Source: Nitrospirota bacterium
GTDB lineage: Bacteria > UBA2233
NCBI GenBank assembly: GCA_011620345.1
Contig: WOZJ01000037.1
Coordinates: 1 to 38,958, forward strand
Length of the DNA: 38,958 nt
Reading direction: 5' to 3'
The notes under the pieces are model-generated. The model was not told the origin of the DNA. It saw only the letters and a program-made list of their open reading frames with translations, and did no database searches. Below, piece after piece: positions 1-9,778 of the stretch (position 1 is its first letter; every line of letters begins with the position of its first letter). The translations under genes and the position numbers were made by a program.

Positions 1-52
1 TCATCCACTTGAGCCAGGGAGATTCGGGGGGTGCAGACGGAGCGCTGGCCAT
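1..52 (-). CDS. N-terminal fragment of a probable DHA2/EmrB-family MFS efflux permease (runs off the window)
   Basis: ATG at 52, 3 nt after the HlyD stop, reads MASAPSAPPESPWLKWM...; identity is inferred mainly from the TolC-EmrA-EmrB operon order. Confidence 0.5.
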   Translation of the reverse strand, partial: MASAPSAPPESPWLKWM

Positions 53-55
53 GGT

Positions 56-1198
56 CTAGTAGTGAAACTCTTCGGCCAAACGGGTTCCTTCGGGAGCCCG
101 GTCCGGAATATGCTCCAGCCTTTCAGAGGTATCAGCAGTTGCCTTAACGCTTAGCCCTACCCGCAAAAGATGGTCTGGGTCGGTCTCGTCTAGCACAAAA
201 ATCCTTACAGGAAGCCTTTGTACAACTTTGACCCAGTTACCCGTGGCGTTTTCAGGAGGAAGGAGCGAGAGCGCAGCGCCCGTCCCCGACTGCAGGCTTT
301 GGACGACCCCGTGGAAAACCTTGCCAGGGTAGGCGCCCACCTCTACCTCTACGGGGTTGCCGACACGTATGTTCTTAAGCTGGGTTTCTTTGTAGTTGGC
401 CTCGATCCATATTTCTTCATTACGGATCGGAAGAATGGCCATTAAGGGCTGCCCGTAGTTTACCTTGTTGCCTACCTCGACATTCTTGCTCGTGATGTAC
501 CCGTCCGTCGGGGCATAAATATTCGTATAGGCAAGGTTTAGGGTAGCCTGACTTTGCTGCTGCCTTGCCTCACGCACGATCGAACGCTCTTCGGGCGAGG
601 TCGTCAGATCTCCGCCCAAGTCCGCGATCGCTTGGTTGAGCATTTCCTCCGCGTTCTTGACGCGGGCATCCGCGACTTCGAGGTTAGTCTTGGCGTTATC
701 GTACTGCTGTTCGGGGATAACCTCGGTTTCGAAAAGGTATTTATAGCGCTCATAGTCTTTCTTGGCCATGTCGTACTGGGCCTTGGCAAGGTTTAAACCC
801 GCCTTTGCCGCATCCACGGATGCGTATTTTTGCTGAACGATTTCAATCTGGCGCCTGTGGGTGGCCATGGCCCGTTTGAGTGCCACCTCGTAATCGGTCG
901 GGTCTAGGCGGACGAGGAGCTGCCCTTTTTTAACGAGGTCGTTGTCGTCAACGTACACCCCGACGACAGTGCCCGAAACCCTTGGCGCAATTTGATGGAT
1001 GTGGGTGTGGACATAGGCGTCATCAGTCGAGACGTGCGTCCTCGACCAAATATACCACTGGGTGACGTATAACCCCGCGGCGATCAATACGGCCCCAATA
1101 ATTACCCATTTCAGGATCCGCTTAAATCGCGATGCGGGTCTTTTGGGGGCTTCTTCGGGTTCTTGTTCGCTTCCTTGATTTTGAGGCCTTTCTTCCAT
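56..1198 (-). CDS. emrA: HlyD/EmrA-family membrane fusion protein
   Basis: N-terminal TM helix, STDDAYV, barrel-sandwich/coiled coil, EmrA signature ANYKETQL and GAALSLLPPENATGNWVKVVQRLPVRI; start moved to ATG 1198 (GAGAGGA RBS, 1 nt after the TolC stop). Confidence 0.9.
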   Translation of the reverse strand: MEERPQNQGSEQEPEEAPKRPASRFKRILKWVIIGAVLIAAGLYVTQWYIWSRTHVSTDDAYVHTHIHQIAPRVSGTVVGVYVDDNDLVKKGQLLVRLDPTDYEVALKRAMATHRRQIEIVQQKYASVDAAKAGLNLAKAQYDMAKKDYERYKYLFETEVIPEQQYDNAKTNLEVADARVKNAEEMLNQAIADLGGDLTTSPEERSIVREARQQQSQATLNLAYTNIYAPTDGYITSKNVEVGNKVNYGQPLMAILPIRNEEIWIEANYKETQLKNIRVGNPVEVEVGAYPGKVFHGVVQSLQSGTGAALSLLPPENATGNWVKVVQRLPVRIFVLDETDPDHLLRVGLSVKATADTSERLEHIPDRAPEGTRLAEEFHY

Positions 1199-1199
1199 G

Positions 1200-2636
1200 C
1201 TAGCGATCCTCTCGTTCGATGCCTTCAAGGGCTTTGGTATGGGTTAGCGTTTTCACGTCGTTCGGGTAGCGTTTGGCGAATTGGGCTTCAAACATACCAA
1301 TTGCCCGTTGCAAGTTGAGCAACGACACTTCGTAATCGTACGTCTGGACGACGAGCCGGTTTCGTGCGGCAATCAGCTGCGTCAAGGTTTGCTGGACATC
1401 AAGGCTTGAGGCGACGCCCGCCCTGTATTGTTTGGATGTCAAGTCGTGGTTTTCCCTGGCAAGCTCGACTTCTCTGTTTAGCGTCCGCAGGTTTTGCCGC
1501 AGTGTATCGATGTTGAGCTGCGCGTTGACAATCTCCACCTCGATATCTTTCTTGGTCCTTTCGTAATCGAGCCTAGCTTGAATCATTTCCCTGGCTGTGC
1601 TCTGAAGGTCAAAAAACCGTGTCCCTGCATCGAGGATGGGGATGATGACGCGGAACATGACGGCGTAGCTGTCGGTTAGCTCTGTTGGGTTTTCAGGGTC
1701 GATGCCAAGATAGCTGACATCGACCGCGAGTATCGGATGGAACCTGCCCCAGACTTGCCTGCGGGACCACTTGGATACTTCGAGCGCAGAAAGCCTGGCC
1801 TTTAAATCGTCCCGGTTAACCAAGGCGGCCCGGTAAAGCGCCTCGATTGGCTGCTGGGACTTAGAAGGCCTGGGCGAAAGCGCCGCCTGGGGCAAAACCT
1901 CGAGGTTTTGATAGTCTTGAATGCCAGCCATGCGGCCTAGGAGCTTTTTGGCGGCCAACAGGTTGTTTCTGGAGGAAACGAGCGATTGCTCGACCTCGGA
2001 CTTTTGGACTTCGGCCCTGAGGACATCCGTTTTGGTGACCGTTCCCGCCCGGTAACGCTCGCGTGCGTCCGCGAGCGTTTGGACGGCGAGCCTTAAATTA
2101 TCCATAGCAACCTCGACGAGTGCCTTCGCCTTGAGGACCTCGTAGTAGTCCCTTGCCACGGAAAACAGCAGCTCTTTGACGAGGAACGCATAATTTTCCC
2201 GCGCAAGGCGCATGCCCTCTTTGCCTTGTCGTAAAGCCGGGTAGAACTCGCCCCGGTACATCGGCTGCGTAAGCGTAACGCGCCTTCGCCAGGTCTCATC
2301 GGGGACGAAGGACAACGTTTCGGTTTCTGGCAAGGCGAGGCTTATTTCCGGGTGGATGTAGGTGAAGCTCTGCTCGTAAGCGAGGGTCGGCAAGAGGAAG
2401 GAAAACGCACGGTTTTTGTCGATCCTGGCTCGTTCAATGTTTTCGTACGAGATCTTGGGGTCTTCATGGGTTTTGAATGCGAGCCCTATCGCCTCTTCGA
2501 GCGTAAGGGTTTTCGCAAACGAAGTACCCCCAAAAAACCCTAAAGGCAGCGCGGCAAAAAAGCAGACGAGCAAACCTTTTCGAAGCTCAAAAAGAGGACG
2601 CCAAATTTGCAGCAAATCCCATACAGCGTGATCCAT
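1200..2636 (-). CDS. TolC-family outer-membrane efflux protein
   Basis: Signal-like hydrophobic stretch followed by LTLEEAIGLA; two OEP repeats (RYRAGTVTKTDVLRAE / QYRAGVASSLDVQQT); start at ATG 2636 (GGAAGG upstream) avoids overlap with the divergent gene; start uncertain. Confidence 0.85.
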   Translation of the reverse strand: MDHAVWDLLQIWRPLFELRKGLLVCFFAALPLGFFGGTSFAKTLTLEEAIGLAFKTHEDPKISYENIERARIDKNRAFSFLLPTLAYEQSFTYIHPEISLALPETETLSFVPDETWRRRVTLTQPMYRGEFYPALRQGKEGMRLARENYAFLVKELLFSVARDYYEVLKAKALVEVAMDNLRLAVQTLADARERYRAGTVTKTDVLRAEVQKSEVEQSLVSSRNNLLAAKKLLGRMAGIQDYQNLEVLPQAALSPRPSKSQQPIEALYRAALVNRDDLKARLSALEVSKWSRRQVWGRFHPILAVDVSYLGIDPENPTELTDSYAVMFRVIIPILDAGTRFFDLQSTAREMIQARLDYERTKKDIEVEIVNAQLNIDTLRQNLRTLNREVELARENHDLTSKQYRAGVASSLDVQQTLTQLIAARNRLVVQTYDYEVSLLNLQRAIGMFEAQFAKRYPNDVKTLTHTKALEGIEREDR

Positions 2637-2731
2637 GCTTGCCTTCCGTGATAGACTAGGTTCGGCTGGCTTGAACAAAAACATCCAAGGAACCAGCGGT
2701 GCGAAATGTAAAGAGTTCTGCCTCTCCAAGA

Positions 2732-4537
2732 ATGAATCTCTTCGAGCAAGCGATAGTCTTGTACCGAGAGAAGCGAACCAAGGCCCTCTTTGTTGGTCTT
2801 TTTCTAGCGCTGATGGTATCGTTGCCCTTTTTGGCCAGGACGCTCCCTTTTTTTCGTTTTTCTTCTGTTCCCATCGCGGACCTCCGATCCCTCCCGTCGT
2901 TCGCATTCTTTTCTTTGCTCAGGCTATTGCTTGCGCTTGCCCTATCCTTTCTCTTTTCTTTGATCTACGGAACGCTGGCAGCCAAAAACCGTGCATTAGA
3001 AAAGATTTTAATCCCAACCCTGGACATTCTGCAATCCGTACCGGTTTTAGGGTTTTTTCCTGCGGCAATATATTTTTTCGTGAAAATCGGCGGGGAGTCA
3101 CGCCTTGGCGTCGAAATGGCCTGCATTTTCTTGATTTTCACTTCGCAGGCCTGGAACATGACGTTTGGCGTGTACGAGTCGATCAGAGGAATTCCAAAAG
3201 AAATCGATGAAGCCTCGAGGCTGTTGGGTATCCGAGGGTTCAGCTATTTCCGAAGGGTGTTGTTCCCGGCTTGCGTCGTAAAGCTGGTGTACAACGCCAT
3301 GCTTTCCTGGGCGGCAGGATGGTATTTTTTGATCGCGTGCGAAATTTTGGCCATTGGCCCGGTTTCTTTCAGGCTGCCTGGTCTAGGAAGTTTTATCAGC
3401 GAAGCGACACAGCAGGGGCGGCTGGACTTGTTGGCCGCAGGAATCTCCGTGCTGGTCATGCTGGTCGTTATCATGGATGTTTTGTGCTTTCGGCCTCTTG
3501 TCGTGATCTCCGAGAAGTACAAGCTCGAGTCGCAAAGTTCGAGCGAGGAATCGGAAGAATCTTACGCCTTGGATTTTTTCAGACGACTTAAGAATGCTGT
3601 CAAAGACAAGGCCTCCGCTCTAACAAAAGGGCTTCAAGATCGCCACTGGCTCAAAGCGGGACATCGCTGGAGCAAGGCAAGCCTTCGGATCCTCAGGGGA
3701 GGGCTGGGACGAATGCGGGCCAAAGAATTGCCCAAAGCTTATTTACCCCTCGAGATGTTGAAAAAAGGAAGGATTGGCCTCGAAATCGCCGCTTTCTCCT
3801 TGTTAGGCGGTGGCGTTCTATTTGGCCTGGGATACGGCATTTACCGGTGGATTCTTATGCTTGCAACGCAACCATGGCCCAAAGAGGTTCTAAGCCTACC
3901 GTTAGGGCTCCTACTCTCTTTTTGCAGGCTGCTCGTCGCCTTTGCCTTTTGTCTTGGGTGGACCCTCCCTGTGGCCTTCTTGGCGTCTCGCTCAAAACGC
4001 GTCCTCCGGTTTTCAGCTCGGGCATGCCAGATTCTAGCGGCTATTCCTGCTACGGCTTTCTTCCCGTTGTTTGTGGCCCTTGCCGTCAAGACGGGCGTTG
4101 GGATGGAGCTGGCAAGCATCCTGCTGTTGGCCACCGGAATGCAGTGGTACCTTTTGTTTAACTTGCTTGCAGGAGTTCGGGCTATCCCTCAAGACCTAAG
4201 GGAGGTCGCCCAAGTGTACGGAATTCGCGGGACTGGCTGGCTGCGGTTTTTTATTTTGCCATGCCTTTACCCCTCGTTCGTGACGGGGGCGATCACGGCC
4301 TTTGGAGGGGGGTGGAACGCGCTCATCATCTCAGAGTACGTCGTGTATAGGAGGGAAACTTACGTGCTCAAAGGGGTCGGTGCTCTTTTGGACCGGGGTA
4401 TTTACGATCTAGGAGACCCTGTTTTAATCAGCGTGAGCCTAGCCGCCATGATTACGTTCATTGTGCTGATGAACCGACTATTCTGGGCCCCGTTGTCTGA
4501 AAAAATTTCATCGCGCTATAGGCTTGAAGGGGGCTGA
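2732..4537 (+). CDS. NitT/TauT-like ABC transporter permease with two fused TM domains
   Basis: DILQSVPVLGFFP motif; two EAA-like loops (IPKEIDEASRLLG, IPQDLREVAQVYG); GGGWNALIISE; many TM segments. Confidence 0.88.
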   Translation: MNLFEQAIVLYREKRTKALFVGLFLALMVSLPFLARTLPFFRFSSVPIADLRSLPSFAFFSLLRLLLALALSFLFSLIYGTLAAKNRALEKILIPTLDILQSVPVLGFFPAAIYFFVKIGGESRLGVEMACIFLIFTSQAWNMTFGVYESIRGIPKEIDEASRLLGIRGFSYFRRVLFPACVVKLVYNAMLSWAAGWYFLIACEILAIGPVSFRLPGLGSFISEATQQGRLDLLAAGISVLVMLVVIMDVLCFRPLVVISEKYKLESQSSSEESEESYALDFFRRLKNAVKDKASALTKGLQDRHWLKAGHRWSKASLRILRGGLGRMRAKELPKAYLPLEMLKKGRIGLEIAAFSLLGGGVLFGLGYGIYRWILMLATQPWPKEVLSLPLGLLLSFCRLLVAFAFCLGWTLPVAFLASRSKRVLRFSARACQILAAIPATAFFPLFVALAVKTGVGMELASILLLATGMQWYLLFNLLAGVRAIPQDLREVAQVYGIRGTGWLRFFILPCLYPSFVTGAITAFGGGWNALIISEYVVYRRETYVLKGVGALLDRGIYDLGDPVLISVSLAAMITFIVLMNRLFWAPLSEKISSRYRLEGG

Positions 4538-5298
4538 TGATGGGTCAGATCATCGTCTTTGAGAACGTGAAGAAAAGTTATACGTTCGACCACTCCAAGC
4601 GAACCGCCCTCCGGGATATCAATTTGAGCATCCAGGAGGGAGAAATTTTTGGAATCGTCGGGCCTTCTGGTTGTGGGAAAAGCACGATGCTGCGGCTGAT
4701 GTGTGGGCTGATCCAGCCTAACAAGGGGAGGGTATTGTTCAAGGGAATCCCGCTTGATGGGGTAAACCCTGCATGTTCCATGGTGTTTCAGTCCTTCGGA
4801 TTATTTCCCTGGCTGGATGTCCAGGAGAATATCGCCATTGCGCTCAAAGCAAAAGGCCTCCCCAAGGAACAAATCCGCAAGCGCGTGGAGTATTACATCG
4901 AGAAGGTAGACCTTAGCGGGTTTGAAGAGACCTACCCAAAAGAGCTTTCTGGCGGGATGAAACAAAGGGTTGGGCTTGCCAGGGCGCTCGCGGTCGAGCC
5001 GGAAGTGCTCTTGATGGACGAGCCTTTTTCGACGCTCGATATGCTCACGGCTGCGGCCTTGAGGGAGGAGCTCTTGGACATCCAGGCCAACGGCCAGCTT
5101 CAAACAAAAACCATAGTACTCGTGACCAACCAGATTGAGGAGGCGATCGAGTTGTGCGATAGGATCGTCATGCTCTATTCAAGGCCGGGCAGAATCTTGG
5201 GCGAATTCCATGTGGATCTAAAAAGACCTAGGGATCGCAAGAATCCGGCCTTTCAGGCCGTTGTAGATGAGGTATTCAACCGAATTGTAGTGGTCTAG
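4537..5298 (+). CDS. NitT/TauT-like ABC transporter ATP-binding protein
   Basis: Walker A GPSGCGKS, Q-loop MVFQ, signature LSGGM, Walker B LLMDEP; TGATG coupling to the permease; the H-loop reads VTNQ. Confidence 0.92.
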   Translation: MMGQIIVFENVKKSYTFDHSKRTALRDINLSIQEGEIFGIVGPSGCGKSTMLRLMCGLIQPNKGRVLFKGIPLDGVNPACSMVFQSFGLFPWLDVQENIAIALKAKGLPKEQIRKRVEYYIEKVDLSGFEETYPKELSGGMKQRVGLARALAVEPEVLLMDEPFSTLDMLTAAALREELLDIQANGQLQTKTIVLVTNQIEEAIELCDRIVMLYSRPGRILGEFHVDLKRPRDRKNPAFQAVVDEVFNRIVVV

Positions 5299-5305
5299 CA
5301 CGGCC

Positions 5306-5333
5306 TTGTCGAGGATTGGTATCCATCTATAAT
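5306..5333 (+). promoter_or_regulatory. Candidate sigma70 promoter for the AAA-associated domain gene
   Basis: TTGTCG-16 nt-TATAAT in the intergenic gap after the ATPase. Confidence 0.5.
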
Positions 5334-5386
5334 GAGAGTTGATGCACGTTCGTCTCAAGAGAAATGTAGAAAGGAGAAGGGAGGAT

Positions 5387-5905
5387 ATGGACGACCCACC
5401 ACCATTTAGCCCGCTTCCCGTTGCTGGCATTACGCAGGTGCTCGGGCTTTTGGAAATTTTGGATGATCGAGGGGGCGGGGCGGACATCCACAGGCTGGCA
5501 AGAGATCTACACCACGAGCCGGGAGAGTTCTTGGATGTTGTCAGGGCGTCAGAAATACTCGGCCTGACGGAAACGCCGAAAAACCATGTCGTGCTGACGG
5601 AAGCGGGCAGGAACGTTTTGGAGGCGTCGATTTCCGAAAGGAGGCGTATACTGAAAGAGCGCATTCTCGCATTACCATTGGTGCAGTATTTTGTAGGGTA
5701 TTTGGAGCATAAAGGGGACCATTGCGCCGAAAAGGAAGACGTGCTGGAGGTGCTTGCCACGTTGTTCCCAGACCATAATCCCGAAGAGCAATTCCAAGTG
5801 CTCGTCGGGTGGGGCAGGTACGGGGAGATCTTTTGTTACGACATCGACACAGAAGAGTTCTCGCTGGACGAAGGGGATCCGCCATCGGAAATGCAGCCAG
5901 CGTGA
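5387..5905 (+). CDS. Stand-alone AAA-associated domain protein (the domain usually found C-terminal on NitT/TauT ATPases)
   Basis: LP..GI..VLGLLE.L...GG..DI..LA, ASEILG, LTEAG and GWGRYGEIF.YD patterns typical of that domain; strong RBS AAGGGAGG before ATG 5387. Confidence 0.78.
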   Translation: MDDPPPFSPLPVAGITQVLGLLEILDDRGGGADIHRLARDLHHEPGEFLDVVRASEILGLTETPKNHVVLTEAGRNVLEASISERRRILKERILALPLVQYFVGYLEHKGDHCAEKEDVLEVLATLFPDHNPEEQFQVLVGWGRYGEIFCYDIDTEEFSLDEGDPPSEMQPA

Positions 5906-5940
5906 ACGTTCCCTCCGGTGTTTCTTTTAGAGGATAACCG

Positions 5941-7044
5941 ATGCGACGCTTTTGCCGGGTGTTGCCGCTTTTTTTCGTCCTCTTCGCGTTTTCGTGCAGA
6001 GAGGTCGGGCAAGGATTCCTAGCGGGCCAAGATGCCGGAGGCGTTCGGGTGGTCTCGGATGGGCCTAAGAAAGCGTGGGCCATTCTTCCCGAGGATGTTG
6101 AGCGTGGCTTTCGGGCCGCCTATCTGAAGGACGGGAGGACAGGGGGGCAAGGAAGGGTCGTGGTGCTCCTAGACGAAAAAAGAGGGCGGACTATTGGCTC
6201 AGTTTCCGCTATCAAGGAAAACAATTTTTTTCGGAGTATAGGGGTTTATCCGGTAGATTCTGGAAGAGTGGGGATATTTTTTGAGCCCGCGCGCCCTTTC
6301 GGCTTCCGTGTGCTGAGTGATCGGCTGTTCTTCTATACATGGTACGCGGATGCCTCGAGGCTTATTCGAGCCAAGCGTATTCTTATAGACCCTGGACATG
6401 GCGGCAAAGACCCAGGTGCCGTTGGGCCTGGGGGAACGCTCGAGAAAGACTTGACGTTAGCGGTTGGCATGGTTCTGGCACAAAAGCTCAAAAAGGCCGG
6501 CTTCGTCGTTGGCTTCACGCGAAACCAAGACATGTACGTACCCTTGGAAGAAAGGGCGAGGATGGCTCAAGCCTTCGAAGCGGACCTCTTCGTGTCAATC
6601 CATACAAACGCAAGCACGGATCCACAACAGAGCGGCATAGAGGCCTACATCGTAGGGGAACCTACCGACAAGAGTGCCTCTTGGGTGGCTATCCGTGAAA
6701 ACGATGGATCTAAGCCAAAGCCAAAGGAGCTGAGGGCCATTGTCGAGGGTTTAAGGGCGGGCGTGACTCAGGCCCTCTCCCGTCGGCTAGCTTTCTTGGC
6801 CATAGGCCAGATTGCGGGCGAACTTCTTAAAGAAGGCCCTAGGCCGATTGGGGTCAAGCAGGCGCCGTTTGTCGTCCTTCATGGACTTGACGTCCCGGCT
6901 TTTTTGCTTGAGGTCGGGTTTCTTACCAACCCGCAGGAGGAATCCAGGCTTTGCTCTAAAGCATTTCAAGAACGGACGGCAAGAGCCTTAGTGAAGGCGA
7001 TAGAGGTGCTAAAAGACGACGATGCTTGGCTTAGAAAGCTTTGA
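5941..7044 (+). CDS. amiC: N-acetylmuramoyl-L-alanine amidase (Amidase_3, AmiC-like)
   Basis: IDPGHGGKDPGA, LEKDLTL, FVSIHTN, LLEVGFLTN zinc/catalytic motifs; N-terminal signal/lipoprotein-like peptide. Confidence 0.88.
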   Translation: MRRFCRVLPLFFVLFAFSCREVGQGFLAGQDAGGVRVVSDGPKKAWAILPEDVERGFRAAYLKDGRTGGQGRVVVLLDEKRGRTIGSVSAIKENNFFRSIGVYPVDSGRVGIFFEPARPFGFRVLSDRLFFYTWYADASRLIRAKRILIDPGHGGKDPGAVGPGGTLEKDLTLAVGMVLAQKLKKAGFVVGFTRNQDMYVPLEERARMAQAFEADLFVSIHTNASTDPQQSGIEAYIVGEPTDKSASWVAIRENDGSKPKPKELRAIVEGLRAGVTQALSRRLAFLAIGQIAGELLKEGPRPIGVKQAPFVVLHGLDVPAFLLEVGFLTNPQEESRLCSKAFQERTARALVKAIEVLKDDDAWLRKL

Positions 7045-9778
7045 CACCCTTAAAATTGTATCCAAAGATTATCCTGTCCCTTCCTTGGATTATGATAGGG
7101 TAAAGAAGGGCCTGTATAATGCTTTTTTTGAAAACGGTGAGATTCAGGGGCTCGAGAAGAGCCGTACGGAGTTCCTCGCGTTTCTAGGGCGCGCAGTCCA
7201 CAAATTGACCGGATTGAACGCTGCAGCCCTTACTTCTGCCTACTTCGAAGCCCTTATCCAAGGTCTTGCCCTCAAAGCTGAACTTGAATGGAAGCGCCTC
7301 TATGCATGCTCGGAAGAAGGCTTTTGCCTTGTTGGCCTTGGCGGGGTTGCAAGGAGAGATTTGTGTCCCAATTCTGACCTTGACCTCTTGTTCTTGTACA
7401 ACTACAAGATATCCCCCTTCCATGAATTCCTCATAGAGCGCGTTCTTTATACGCTTTGGGATCTTAAGCTGGATGTAGGATACAGCGTTCGCTCCATGGC
7501 GGAGCTGGAGCAGGACTACGATAAAGACGTGACGTTTGCGCTTTCTTTGATCGACCACAAGTATTTGCACGGCTCGAGCATCCTATACCAAGCCTTTCTT
7601 AAAAATATAGAAGAACTCCTCCGTTACAGGGCCCAACGAGGCCTTGTTTGGGAGATCGTACAAATCGTGCGCTCCCGCCACCAAAGAAACCTTGGCACTA
7701 TGCACCTATTAGAGCCTCACATCAAGGAAGGGAAGGGTGGCCTGCGGGATTTTCACAGTGCATGGTGGGCCACTCGGGCGCTCTTTGGCGCACGGAGTGT
7801 GCACAGCTGGGTACGCCTCGGGCTGATAAGCGCCAGGGAAGAACGAGCGCTTCTTCGTGGGTTGAACGCAATCTTGACCATTCGGACGCAACTGCACCTC
7901 ATGACGGGAAAGCGCACGGATAAGATGGACCTGGCCCTTCAGGAGTGTCTTTCGAGAGCATTCTCTGCAAACGACGCCCACGGTCAATCCTCGGTGGAAT
8001 GGTTTATGCGCAGGTACTATACCCATGCGCGCCAGATCGAAGAGGTCTCCTTGAAGGTGCTCTCTTCGCTTGCTTGCGTATCCTTATCGGCGCTCAAGGT
8101 GCACAGGCGGGAGGCAAAACCAATCGAAGGCCCCTTCTTGGCCTTTGGGTACGGCATCTGGCTTAAGGATGCCTCTCTTTTTGACCGCGACCCCGCTTGG
8201 CTGCTGAAGGTTTTTTTTCTAGCCAAAGAAACCGGCCTGCCTCTCTCCTACGCGCTTAGCCGTCTTATTCGCAGGAAACGCATGAGGGTGAGGAAGGGGC
8301 TGAGGGAGGATGCCCGGGCCGTCTCTTTTCTCATGCAGCTTTTCAAGGACTTTAGGCGTATTGGGTATGTTTTGAGGGGGCTTGATGAGACAGGGGTTCT
8401 TAGCAGAGCAATTCCAGAATGGGATCGGGTGAAGAACTTGGCCCAGCACGACATCTACCATGCCTACACTGCAGACAAGCATCTGATTCGGACAATCGAG
8501 GCATTAGAGAGGCTTGCGATCGGCCAAGTGGACTCCTGGCTTCAGGGGCTGCAACCTCTCCTCGAAGAAGAGCGCCAGCCTGCAGTCCTTATTCTTGCCG
8601 CCTTACTCCATGATATTGGCAAAGGGTGGGGCAGGGGGCACTCCAGCACAGGGGCGCGTATTGCAGGCAGGATCTTGGGACGGCTTGGCCTTGAGGACAC
8701 GATGGTCGAGGAAGTAGTTTTTCTTGTTCGTTATCACCTCTTAATGATGGATTACGCGTTCAAGCGCGACCTAGAAGACCCTGCTCTCATCGAGCGATTT
8801 TTGAATACCGTAAGAACGAGAGATAGGCTTAGGCGTCTTTATCTGCTTAGCGTTTGTGATTTGCTGGCCGTGTCCCCCGTAGCGATGACCCCTTGGAAGA
8901 TGGGACTTCTAGAAGATCTCTTCAGGCATTCCATCGCCTCTTTCGAGCGCAGGCAGGAGGGTAAGGTGCCGTTAAGCATTCCAGAGTATGCCAAAGAGGC
9001 AAGAGTTGCACTTGAGCCCCATCTGATGGGGTTGTCGGCAGGAGATGCGTTTCTTAAGGTTGTCCCCAACCCATACCTCCTTAGCGCTTCGCCAAAGCTT
9101 AGTCAGGCCCATGTAAGGCTTTACGAGGGGGCAAGGGCCGATGGGATTGCGATCGGGATCGATGGCGATTCCTCAAAAATGCTCGCAAACTTGGATATTG
9201 TGGCAAGGGACAAGCCGGGACTGTTCAGCTTGCTAGTCGGAGGCCTGAGCTATTTTGGCTTCAACATTCTATGGTCGAGAATCTACACGACTTCGGACGG
9301 CTATGCCCTCGACATGTTCAAGGTAGAACACCCGTCGCTTGAAGACCTCTTTCGTGACCCGGCTTACTTGGAGCGTTTCAAGTCGGTCTTGAAAGATGTC
9401 GTTGCGCTAGGCCAGGATACGCTAGAGGGGTTGATCGCCCGCAAACGTCCGGCAGTTCGCCTTGTAAAGGCCCCGCCAAAGACTAGGCCTAACGAGGTAA
9501 CGATCGACAACGCCATCTCAACGGATTACACGGTGATCGATGTCAAAACCTACGACAGGCCTTTCCTTTTGTACGAGATTTCCTGCGTGTTCGTAGCGAA
9601 CGGAATTAACATCTCCAAGGCCAATATCGCGACGATTGCGGACCAGGTAGTGGACACCTTTTATGTCACGACGCCTGAAGGCAAGAAGGTAGGCGAACGC
9701 TTGGCCAAGAGGCTGGCCCCGGAGCTTTTGACCGCGATCGAAAAGGGCGGAAGGGATGAGGCTGGAAATAGCGCTTGA
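7022..9778 (+). CDS. glnD: [Protein-PII] uridylyltransferase / uridylyl-removing enzyme
   Basis: NTase SDLDLLFL, LEPHIKEGKGGLRD, HD domain (YHAYTADKH...LLHDIGKG), two C-terminal ACT domains (DKPGLF, DRPFLLY); 918 aa. Confidence 0.93.
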   Translation: MLGLESFDTLKIVSKDYPVPSLDYDRVKKGLYNAFFENGEIQGLEKSRTEFLAFLGRAVHKLTGLNAAALTSAYFEALIQGLALKAELEWKRLYACSEEGFCLVGLGGVARRDLCPNSDLDLLFLYNYKISPFHEFLIERVLYTLWDLKLDVGYSVRSMAELEQDYDKDVTFALSLIDHKYLHGSSILYQAFLKNIEELLRYRAQRGLVWEIVQIVRSRHQRNLGTMHLLEPHIKEGKGGLRDFHSAWWATRALFGARSVHSWVRLGLISAREERALLRGLNAILTIRTQLHLMTGKRTDKMDLALQECLSRAFSANDAHGQSSVEWFMRRYYTHARQIEEVSLKVLSSLACVSLSALKVHRREAKPIEGPFLAFGYGIWLKDASLFDRDPAWLLKVFFLAKETGLPLSYALSRLIRRKRMRVRKGLREDARAVSFLMQLFKDFRRIGYVLRGLDETGVLSRAIPEWDRVKNLAQHDIYHAYTADKHLIRTIEALERLAIGQVDSWLQGLQPLLEEERQPAVLILAALLHDIGKGWGRGHSSTGARIAGRILGRLGLEDTMVEEVVFLVRYHLLMMDYAFKRDLEDPALIERFLNTVRTRDRLRRLYLLSVCDLLAVSPVAMTPWKMGLLEDLFRHSIASFERRQEGKVPLSIPEYAKEARVALEPHLMGLSAGDAFLKVVPNPYLLSASPKLSQAHVRLYEGARADGIAIGIDGDSSKMLANLDIVARDKPGLFSLLVGGLSYFGFNILWSRIYTTSDGYALDMFKVEHPSLEDLFRDPAYLERFKSVLKDVVALGQDTLEGLIARKRPAVRLVKAPPKTRPNEVTIDNAISTDYTVIDVKTYDRPFLLYEISCVFVANGINISKANIATIADQVVDTFYVTTPEGKKVGERLAKRLAPELLTAIEKGGRDEAGNSA

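Noticed and set aside
2637-2906. Long N-terminal extension of the TolC ORF (568 aa call)
   Set aside because: It overlaps the divergent ABC permease head-to-head; an ATG with RBS at 2636 followed by a signal-like segment is more plausible
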